NCBI GenBank assembly: GCA_951406725.2
Contig: OX597820.1
Coordinates: 23,560,001 to 23,624,000 of the forward strand
DNA length: 64,000 nucleotides
DNA from: Octopus vulgaris
Taxonomy: Eukaryota
Direction of reading: 5' to 3'
The notes beneath the pieces are model-generated. The model was not told the origin of the DNA and made no database searches. It saw only the letters and a program-made list of their open reading frames with translations. Below are positions 25,066 to 35,900 of the stretch, in pieces. Each line of letters begins with the position of its first letter. The stretch's first letter is position 1. The translations under genes were made by a program, and so were the position numbers.

Positions 25066-27185
25066 TATATGTGTGGGTGTTTGTAATCTCTTTGTCTTGG
25101 CATTGCATGGTTGTTGGTAAATGAGTGTTGTTCATTTCAGGTATTCTGTGAAAACATGTCTGGCCACGGGGAAACATTTCCTTGCTCAACAACAGGGAAA
25201 GGTTGGCAACAAGAAGGGCATCAAGCTGTAGAAAATCTGTTTCAATAAATTCCATCTGACCCATGTAAGTATCAAAAAGCTTATTACTACAATACAGCAG
25301 AAAGGGAAGTAGGCAAATGAGTGAAGTGATCAACAATGACAAAACTTAAGGCAGGGTCTATGTAAGGGGCTTCAAATAATGTATTGGTGTGGGGCCTGGA
25401 AATCAAAGAGAGGGTGGTTAAATTTCTGACAGTGATGAGTTTGCACCCCTTCTTAGAGGAGGCCCAAAAGCAGTCTCTTTAGGCCTTGCAAAATTTCTCT
25501 CAGAGGCTGTGCTGAAAGGTAAGTGAATAGGAGTCAAGTATTTGACTAAATACACTAGAGTATTTAATTTCATCTCTCTACATTCAGAGTTTGTCTCTAC
25601 ACTTCTGTGATCAGTTTTGACTCATCTCTTCTAAGGCCCATAAGTCAAGTAGCAGTAATGCAGTGGTTTTTGTTCGCATTTAAACCAGTCTTATTCAGCC
25701 CAAATATTCTATATGTTTTATGTTCAAACCAGTCAGATCTAGCCTCTCACACCTACCCTACAATGTCATTCTAAAAATAAACAACCACATCATTGAAATC
25801 CCAAAGCTATGAAAAAATAATGCATGATTAATTCAAAACAACATGAATAAATAAGTACATCATTTGACAGATTAAACTGAATACTAAAAGGATTAAATGA
25901 GATCTTTCACTTCTCAGAAATAATACGAGTCAAGGAAGAATTATTGTTGTACATGAAAACAGATGTTTATTTTTGAAATAATCATTTGCTTTAAAAAATA
26001 AATCAATGACCTTTATCATTTCATGAAATATACTAATTTTCTATTGTGTGTGTATGCATACACACACACACACACATCTTAACTCTCTTTCTTTACTTGT
26101 TTCAGTCATTTGACTGCAGCCATGCTGGAGCACCGCCTTTAGTTGAGCAAATCGACCCCAGGACTTATTTTTTGTAAGCCTAGTACTTATTCTATCGGTC
26201 TCTTTTGCCGAACCACTAAGTTACGGGTACACACCAGCATCAGTTGTCAAGCGATGTTAGGAGGAAATACACAGACATTGCCTTAAAAGAATGATAATAA
26301 TGTCTTCAAATTTTGGCACAAGGCCAGAAATTTTAGGGGTAGGAGCAAAATGATTACAATGATCTCAGTACTTAACAGGCACTTATTTTATTGACCCCCA
26401 CCAAAAGGATGAAAGACAAAGTAAACCTCAGTGGAATTTGAGCTCAGAACAAAGCCAGAAGAAATGCTGCTAAGCATTTTGTCTGATGTGGTGATGATTC
26501 TGCCAGCTTCCTGTCATAAGAATAATAATTTCTACTATAGACACAAGGCCTGAAATTTTGGGGGACTGGGGTCAGTCGATTGCATTGACCTTCAGATCAC
26601 TACCTTAATGAAAATAATATAATAATGTGTGTATGTATGTGTATTTAAGGTGTTTTCCTTTAGGAACATAGTAGAGTACAAAACAGAGCTCATTCACCCT
26701 TAGAATTAACAAATAGCTGGTAGTATTACATTATACTTCTTGTGTATATATGTGGATATATGTTGTATCAAAACATGTGTAGTGTTTATTAAATAGCTGT
26801 CTAACCATACTCCTTGTTGACAATTTTATTCAATCTCATCATCATCATCTTCGTTTAGCGTCCGCTTTCCATGCTAGCATGGGTTGGACGGTTCAACTGG
26901 GGTCTGGGAAGCCAGGAGGCTGCACCAGGCCCAATCTGATCTGGCAATGTTTCTATGGCTGGATGCCCTTCCTAACGCCAACCACTCCGTGAGTGTAGTG
27001 GGTGCTTTTTACATGCCACCGGCACAGGTGCCAGACGAGGCTGGCAAACGGCCACGATCAGATGGTGCTTTTTACGTGCCACCGGCACGGGGGCCAGGTG
27101 AGGCTGGCAACGGCCACAATCGGATGGTGCTTTTTATGTGCCACCGGCACGAGGCCAGTCAATCCCAATATATATATAATTAATC

Positions 27186-27222
<37 letters not shown>

Positions 27223-27493
27223 TCGCGGAGTGGTTGGCGTTAGGAAGGGCATCCAGCTGTAGAAACACTGCCAGACTAGACTGGAGCCTGGGGCAGTCCC
27301 TAGCTCCCAGACCCCGGTCGAAACCGTCCAACCGCTAGCGGGATATAAATGATGATGATGATATAAATATATATAGATAAATATATATAAATGAGGATAA
27401 GATTGTTATTTAACTATCAAACTTATCAAGTGGCTAGTAGGGGAATAAAACCTTCAAAGGTAATAATTATTGTTAAAAATCATAATTTAGGGA

Positions 27494-27711
27494 ATCTAAG
27501 AGATACCACCATGCTTGAAATAGCAGCCAAAACTTGGCTCTAAAACCACATTAAAAGTTCATACAGCACCAGGAGAGAAGACAAAAAGACAAAATAAACT
27601 AGCAAGTTTATTTTGTCTTTTTGTCTTCTCTCCTAGTGCTGTATGAACTTTTAATGTGGTCTTAGAGTCAAGTTTTGGCTGCTATTTCAAGCGTGGTGGT
27701 ATCTCTTAGAT
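27494..27711. repeat. Near-perfect ~218-bp palindrome
   Basis: atctaagagataccacc...caaaataaact / agtttattttg...ggtggtatctcttagat; short loop, few mismatches. Confidence 0.9.
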
Positions 27712-27714
27712 ACC

Positions 27715-27744
<30 letters not shown>

Positions 27745-27745
<1 letters not shown>

Positions 27746-27955
27746 AAAGTTAATCCAAACAAGAAAACAAAAACAAAAAACAACAACGCAAGAACGTGGA
27801 ACAAATAAAGTATTATTGGACGCTCAGGAAAGAAAGGAAGAAGGAGGGTTTGACGTTTCGAGCGGAGCTCTTCGTCAGAAACATAGGAGAAGGAAAGATC
27901 CCGAGAAGGGAAGACAGGGGGGAAAAAATCGCTAGTGATACAGATGAGGTCACAT
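27745..27955 (-). mobile_element. Penelope-like terminal-repeat remnant
   Basis: Homologous to 6405-6615; carries a minimal hammerhead motif, a known PLE hallmark. Confidence 0.6.
27848..27882 (-). ncRNA. Minimal type I hammerhead ribozyme motif
   Basis: Minus strand: GUUU CUGACGA A GAGC UCC GCUC GAAA C GUC AAAC = stem I, core, stem II, GAAA, vestigial stem III, GUC cleavage triplet, stem I'. Confidence 0.7.
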
Positions 27956-28346
27956 ACTAAAAGACTTAATTAGACTGAAGATATTAAATTGCAACAATAC
28001 TAATTTAAATTTATCCCCCAAGGTAAAGTAATTATTAAATTTATGCTTTCAGTATCAGACACATGTTTTGATAAAATAGAGAATAACACCATTTTCATGT
28101 TTATACATTGTGTGTGTCTGTGGTGGTCAATAAGGTCAACCTTGATTGAGCAGGCCTCTGATAAAAACCATGACTGACTCATCTTTTCTTGAGACAGTGT
28201 GGACTAAGGAGTCAATTGACCAGTATGTGCTTCCCATTTTTAAGACAATGAATGTGATTTGAGGTGTATTTGGCAGTCATTTGTAACTGATGACAGTCAA
28301 TTACATAAAGCCCCACACATTGGATTGTATTGATAATGTATTGTCA

Positions 28347-28476
28347 AATTCCCATTTGGGCTTAATTGCCAATTAATCCCAAATTGCTCATTTGGGCATA
28401 ATTAGCAATTAAGCCCTAATTCATGTTTGAGCTTAATTGGCAATTAAGATCTAATTCCAGTTTGGACCTAATTGGA
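28347..28476. repeat. Minisatellite, ~3.5 units of ~35 bp, each internally palindromic
   Basis: Units such as aattcccatttgggcttaattgccaattaatccca and aattcatgtttgagcttaattggcaattaagatct. Confidence 0.75.
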
Positions 28477-29946
28477 TGAGTTGTTAGAGCATGTGTTATC
28501 TATTCTGGATTCTTGTGTTTTGAGTTCAAATTCTACAAAGATCAAATTTGGTTTTTATCATTCCAGGTTTAAAAAATAAAGGGCCAGTTAAAGGAAGTGG
28601 ACTAGCAGAACTGTTCAGGCTCTTTGCATTCTGAGTTCAAATCTCACCATGGCTCAATTGACTGGTAGACTTAAACCAACACCTGGTTTAATTAATACCA
28701 TCACCTACTCTGTAGGAGTCAACAGAATCCACTCCATTGTAAACATTCAAGCCAGCTCTCTGGTTTAAGGATCCCTTACTTCCTCCTGGTCTCAGTGGCC
28801 CTGTAAAGCATCACATGTATTACTTTTCCCTCTCGACTAAACATCATCATCATCATCATTTAATGTTGACTTTTCCATGCTTGCATGGGTCAGATGGAAT
28901 GTTGTTGAGACAGATTTTTGATGACTGAATGCTCTTCCTGTTGCCATCACAGAGTTATGGTGATCTTTCAGTAGCTGAGTCTCTAACAGAGGCTCAATTC
29001 CCAATTTCAATCAGTCTTTCAGGATCGATAAAATAAGTATCACTTGAACAGTGGGGTCAGTGCAGTCAACTTAACCCCTATCCTGAACCTCTTGGTCTTG
29101 TACCAAAATTTGAAGCTGGAATTATTATTATTCCTGTATCAATGTATTAAGTTCATGACCTTGCCACCTTAAAGTATCCCCTTATTAATTTAGAGTGCCA
29201 CCTTCAAAATTGTACTTTTAGAAATAACCACAATACAAGACATATAAACACATCTCATAATCAATCAAAAATTACAACTACTACTACTACAACTACTACT
29301 ACTACTACTACTACTACTACAACAACAATTGTTCAGTCCCAAGTCAACCTTTATTGAACAGATATAGGATCATAGGCATTCCAGCTGTGATAATTCAATT
29401 TTTTTTTTTTGTTCAGTCACTACTAAGAGTAGGTTATTAACCATATCTTTCCTAACTTGAATGTGGTATGGTACAGAAGACTCAGCTGGTATTTCTAGCA
29501 GGCAATATGAGCCCCCCTCCCTTTTTTTTTCTAAATTTTCATTTGACTGAATATGTACTATTAATAAACTGAGTTTAATTTCAGTCATATTCCCTTCCTC
29601 AAATTAGCTGTCTGCTTTATCAAAGGTAATAATAATTCTTTAAAATATTGGTACAAGGCCAGCAGGTTTAGGTGGAGGGATAAGTTGGTTTCATTAACCC
29701 CAGTGCACAACAGGTACTTTAATTTCATTTGCACTCAAGGGGTCAGAACAAAATACTGCAAAGCAATTTTTTTCAACTGATTATTCTAATAATAATAATA
29801 ATCCTTTCTACTATAGGCACAAGGCCTGAAATTTTTTTTTTTGGGGGGGGGGCAGGATCTAGCCAATTACATCAACCCCAGTGCTCAATTGGTACTTATT
29901 TTACTGACCCTCAAAAAGATAAAAGGCAAAGTCAGCCCTGGCAGCA

Positions 29947-29995
<49 letters not shown>

Positions 29996-30196
29996 TGTTT
30001 AAAATTTTGGCAAAAGGCCAGCAATTGTGAGGAGTACAGCCTGAAAGAATGAAAGGCAAAGTTGGTCTTGGTGGGTTTTGAACTATAATACAATGTTATT
30101 AAATCAGATAGAATAGAAGGATCTGAGGAAACTAGTGATTTGATAGCCTCCATCCATAAAGATTTCATAAGAGGAATAAATAGACCAGACCCTTGT

Positions 30197-30545
30197 CAAA
30201 GAGAAAGAGGGAGGAGGAGAGGGGAAGAGAGAAAGAGAAAAAAATGAAGAGAGAGAAAAATGAAGAGAGAGAAAAAACGGAGAGAGAAAAAAGGAAGAGA
30301 GAAAAAAGAGAAAAAGGAAAAGAGAAAAAAGGAAGAGAAAAAATGAAGAGAGAAAAAAATGGAGAGAGAAAAAAGGAAGAGAGAAAAAAGAGAAAAAGGA
30401 AAAGAGAAAAAAAGAGAGAAAAAAGGAAGAGAATAAAATGGAGAGAGAAAAAAGAAAAAAAGGAGAAAAAAAGGAAGAGAGAAAAAGGAAGAAAGAAAAA
30501 AGGAAGAGAGAGAGAAAAAAGAGAAAGGAAGAGAGAAAGCAAGAT
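30197..30545. repeat. ~350-bp almost pure purine (GA-rich) tract
   Basis: Degenerate gagagaaaaaaggaa units; explains the K/R/E-rich and F/L/S-rich ORFs. Confidence 0.95.
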
Positions 30546-32096
30546 GTTTTTTGAAGGTACCAATAGTCTTATAAATTTTCTTAAGATCCCAGTTTTTAAT
30601 ATCATTTGAAATTACAGTTCAAGGTTATGCAATCTAATAGATTAAAATCTGCCAAAAATGTAATCCATCCATTTTTGTAACTTTTCCAACTTATTTCAAT
30701 TCTTAGTTTCACACACATGGTCTTTCTTTTTTTCCTTTACTTCAATTACATATATACTTTTCAGTTTGTGTTTGTTTTTAAATATTGATTTCAAATTTTG
30801 GCACAAGGCCAGCTATTTCAGGGAAGAGGATAAGTCGATTACATCAACCTCAGTGTTCAACTGGTACTTATTCTATTGACCCCAAAAGGATAAAAGGCAA
30901 AGTCAGCCTCAGCAGAATTTGAACTCAGACTGTAAGGATAGATAAAATGTTTTTAGAGCGCAGGAGTGGCTGTGTGGTAAGTAGCTTGCTTACCAACCAC
31001 ATGGTTCCAGGTTCAGTCCCACTGTGTGGCACCTTGGGCCGACCAAAACCTTGTGAGTGGATTTGGTAAACGGAAACTGAAAGAAGCCCGTCGTATATAT
31101 GTATTTGTATATATGTATCTTCTAATTTAATTGAAATAAAGGCAATGTAGTTTAATAGAAATAATCATTTAACATCCATTTTTTCAGGCTTGTGTTGGTC
31201 AGGCAGAATCTGTTGAGGCAGATTTTCAACAGCTAGGTGCCTTTCTTGTTGCCAACCCTCACCTGTTAGCAAATTAACATTTCCCCAGGGCTAGACATGA
31301 AACAAACCTCATTTGTACGGTAATCCTGTTGATTTACAACCATCACATGTCTAAACAAAGATTGACACAAACACACATCATCATCAAGTACCCTCAACTG
31401 GTGCAACCAGTCATTGCGGTACTCTAGATGCTTTGTCAGTCCTGTCATGCATATCAGGGTCGTGGTGTTGCAACCAGTCCAATCGATGTTGCAGGATCAA
31501 ATCAAGAGCAGGGTTTTCTCTGCCTCTCTTTTACCCTCCCTCAACTGTGCTCTGAAGGGTGGTTCTCGACAAAGAGTCATGGTAGGATATGTGGCTGCAC
31601 AAGACAAGCTTTCATCTTTTTTACATACACACTCACACAAAAGGCTTCTTTCAGTTTCCATCAACCAAATTCACTCACAATGCTGTAGTCAGCCTGGGGC
31701 TACATTAGAAGACACTTGCCCAAGGTGCTACACAGTGGGACAGAATCCAAAACTCTGGTTGGGAAGCAAGCTTCTTAACCACAATCATGCCTCTACATAT
31801 AGTAACAATTTGGTTTCCAATAATTATTTTTTAAAGTTTCAATGGTTGTTTTAAATAATGCTGTGAATAATTAAAACTATATTTGCTGTATACTTGCTAT
31901 CATTCCTTTATAATGATTTCAAAAAAACTTTTAAACCATTAATGAAAGGGAACTTTTTAAAAAATTTAAATAAGCTGGATTGTGATGCAACATAATTGTC
32001 ATTAAGAAATTTATTCCATTGATAAACTATAACAAATTAGTTTTAAGATTTAAACAAACAAAAAGTTTTCAATGAAGCATTTAAAATAATTCCTAC

Positions 32097-32114
32097 CTGC
32101 TGCTGTCGACACAG
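32097..32114 (-). CDS. Candidate 18-nt microexon of the TMEM263-like gene
   Basis: Minus strand ttcttatgattctaacag|CTGTGTCGACAGCAGCAG|gtagga; phase 1/1, inserts AVSTAA with no stop. Confidence 0.4.
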
Positions 32115-32952
32115 CTGTTAGAATCATAAGAACTTACATTAGACTTTATGTGAAATAGTGCAATCACATCTCGGGATAACATACCTTAGAGACCTAATTA
32201 CACAAGATCAATGAAGACATACTATGTAGCAGGCAGACAAAACAAATTACGCAGGTATTTAGTTTCCCCACAGCCCAAGCAATTACACCCCTTCTAGTTC
32301 CTTTCTCTCCATCTCCGATTTGCCCTCTCCTCTTTCTCTGACATTAGTTTCATACTCCTCATGGTAATTGAATAATGAACGAAGAAATTAGGTAATCATA
32401 ATTTCTTTTTCACTGGTATAACTTGTACATTATGTTCCCTGTTGTTTAACTATTTTGACATTAATTCCACCAAGCCATAAATTAATTTTTATTAGTTAGC
32501 ACTGTGGGACGGGTGGAGGAGGATGCTAATAAAGTTGGCAGCCTTTCTAAATTGGCCAATTGAGGTTAAAGTTGTTCAAGCTCAATTCAAACTACCTCAG
32601 CTTAATGATTCAAAGGAAAACATCTCATAGTTTTGGAATTCTAAGGGAAGAAGGATTAAGAAAAGTGTCCAGTAATCTTACTGAAGATGAATGTATTGAA
32701 AAGGTCTTTAATCTACAGAACAAAAGACAGGAAATGTACCACACTAAAAATTGAATTAAGGGAAATAATACAAAAAAAAAACAAAACAAAAAAAAACTTA
32801 TGAAATAACTAGTTCTGATACTGAAAACTGACATTTAGTCATCGGTTAGAATTAACATTTATGCTACTAGCTGTTTTGGTTGTTTCATATATCTCAATGT
32901 AGATCAAATAGTTTTCTCCCTGAGAATATCCAGTAGATAATACAACATTTCC

Positions 32953-33365
32953 AGGTGCAAGAGTGGCTGTGTGGTAAGTAGCTTGCTTACCAACCACATG
33001 GTTCCAGGTTCAGTCGCACTGCGTGGCACCTTGGGCAAGTGTCTTCTACTATAGCCTCGGGCCGACCAAAGCCTTGTGAGTAGATTTAGTAGACGGAAAC
33101 TGAAAGAAGCCCGTCATATATATGTATATGTATATATATATATATGTGTGTGTGTCTGTGTTTGTACCCCCCCCCCCCCACCAAACATCGCTTGACAACC
33201 AATGCTGCATGTGTTTACGTCCCTGTAACTTAGCGGTTCGGCAAAAAGAGATCGATAGAATAAGTACTAAGCTTACAAAGAATAAGTTCTGGGGTCGATT
33301 TGCTCGACTAAAGGCAGTGCTCCAGCATGGCCGCAGTCAAATGACTGAAACAAGTAAAAGAGTAT
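32953..33365 (+). mobile_element. Family-A SINE, full length
   Basis: Collinear with other family-A copies; CpGs largely retained. Confidence 0.85.
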
Positions 33366-35419
33366 AAAGAGTATCCATCCATCCACCATTCCTGGGAGGG
33401 TCATAAGAGTGGGGTGGGGTGTTGAGAGTCCTCAAGCACCTCCTCTGTAGGGTTCTATCAGAAGTAATTGTAATTAAACTTTTCAGCTGGATTCCCAAGC
33501 ATGACCAACCAAGAATTTAAATATTATCCAGTCATCTCATTCTTGGTTTATCCCTCAGTTTCCTGATGGTTGGCTTGAAGAATCTGTCTTGCAATTTTTT
33601 CCAGCAACTATTGCAATATCTGTTGGTTGTAAATAAAACAGCCAAATATATAAGAATGCACGTAAAAAGCACCAACCGATCGTGGCCGTTGCCAGCCTAC
33701 CCTGGCACCTGTGCCGGAGGCACGTAAAAAGCACCCACTACACTCACGGAGTGGTTGGCGTTAGGAAGGGCATCCAGCTGTAGAAACACTGCCAGATCAG
33801 ACTGGAGTCTGGTGCAGCCTCCTGGCTTCCCAGACCCAGGTCGAATCATCCAACCCATGCTAGCATGGAAAATGGATGTTAAACGATGATGATGTAGTGC
33901 CATACCACTTTAATCTGCTATTTTGGAACAATTTTTTTAGCGTCTTCAATATGTATGCTACATTGCTTCTGTTTTGTATCGTAGGTCAAGGATGATTTGA
34001 AAATGTATGGCTTCAGTAAGATTACAAAAGTGTTTCATATAAAGTCTGGGAGATACAATACAACAGTATTGATCAAACAGAGAAGACATAAGCAATGAAT
34101 AAACTGCAGTTGTTTAGCTCAAGGTTGGCTCAGATTAACATCTGTTTGAGTCACATGACATGACAGAATAGGTATAAGAACAACAAGAACAACATCAATG
34201 TTATAACAGTCATTACTGAAGATGTTTTTATTTTGCAAATTTTCAACACTGTGTCACTGTCCTGGAACCGAAATCTCTTTCAAATGATTTAAAGATCTGA
34301 GCCATCTAAGTATAAAACCCTTGTTAGTTGTTTGGACATGCACAACTTCTAAAATGATTCAAAGATAATGACTTTTAGCAGTGATTGCTAAATATTTTTT
34401 GTCCTTTCTTTCCACATTCCATGTCATGCAGAATTATAACATTATGTACACACATACATGTAATACTGTTCTGACAAGAGGATCTCACAATACTATCTGA
34501 GACCCCCTTCGGTCATGACACTGACCATGAGATTGCACCTAGAAAGTTACCCTCCCAGGCACAAGTTCGGGCAAGGTTGTTTATGGAAGACCAGCAGTCG
34601 CCCCATGCCACCGATGTTATCCAAGGGAAAGGCAAAGGCCAATACAGCTTGGCACTAGTAACGTTGCAACACATTTCTACAGCTGAGTGAACTGGAGCAA
34701 TGGGAAATAAAGTGCCTTGCTCAAGAACACAACATGCAGCCCGGTCTGGGATTCAAGCTCACAACCTCACGATCGTAAGCTCAACGCTCTAACCACTGAG
34801 CCATGCACCTTCACAATACTATACCAGGTAATAATAATACATATAAAAATTTTCCAATAAAGTAATTATAAACTAAATGCTTCCTAAAGAATGCTTTAAG
34901 CAAAACTAATGACTACAGGTGTAGATGGCAAATTGTAGTGGCCTGTTTTGGAAATGGTGATGTAGAAAACAGTGCCCCCCCACCTCCATACACTTTTAGG
35001 GTCTAGAGAGGAAGTACCTATAGCTTTTGCAGTTCCTCTAAATTGACAAGTCAGTACTCGCAATAATGACATGAGCAAGGAGGGAATTTCAGAAGGCTGA
35101 AGTTCTGGGAAGGAAGGACTGGGTGCAGTGATTGATTAGTGCAACTATTTTATCCTTTATCTCACTGATTTTCAATAACTTGACACAAAACACCTATTTG
35201 TTCTCAGGGACACACATGGCAATAAAAAGAGTGAAGTTGAAATTGTAGTTACATTCTTCTAGCAATGATTACAAAATACATTTGATCCTTTCTCTGTCTG
35301 ATCCCTCAAGCATAATTATAACATTATATTTTAGCAGCCAAGAACTTCACAGCCACAATAGCTTGCAGTCCAATATCCAATATCTGGGACATCATCACCC
35401 TTGAAAGAGGAACCCCCTC

Positions 35420-35900
35420 CTTGAATTTCTTCCACTGCTGTCCGTTTCTGGCCAGTCATAGCCACATAGACTTCCAGGTAGCGGGTGAGGTCATCTCACC
35501 ATCTTATCTTTTGTTGACCTCTTGACCTTGGTGTCCATTCTATCACTGATTGTTCATCTGCTGTCCTTCATTCACGCAATGCTGCCAGTCCATCTATATT
35601 TGTTCTCCTTGATGGTTCTTATAATGTCATTGACTCTTGCATGCTGTTGAATCTGGGTCTTGGTTTTCTTGTCCTGCAATGTGATGCCGAGCACGATCCA
35701 TTTCATTTTCCATTGGGCTACAATGAGGGTGTTCATTGTGGTAGTGTTGAGAGCCCATGTTTCACTGCTGCAAGTCATCCCTGGCAGGATGTAGTTAAAG
35801 ATCTTGGCAGTAATAATATTCAAATAAATTCATTCATATTGGCAGCAAAGAGTTCTTTATCTTAAAATCCCACCACATTTGAAGCTGTTTGTTGAACATT
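35420..35900 (-). pseudogene. RTE-clade LINE 3' fragment
   Basis: ORF ILPGMTCSSETWAL...LGITLQDK...KYRWTGSIA, matching RTE YxxETW...KWRWAGHVAR. Confidence 0.8.

Noticed and set aside
30165-30609. 138-146 aa K/R/E-rich and F/L/S-rich ORFs
   Set aside because: Stop-free only because of the purine tract; no sign of coding structure.
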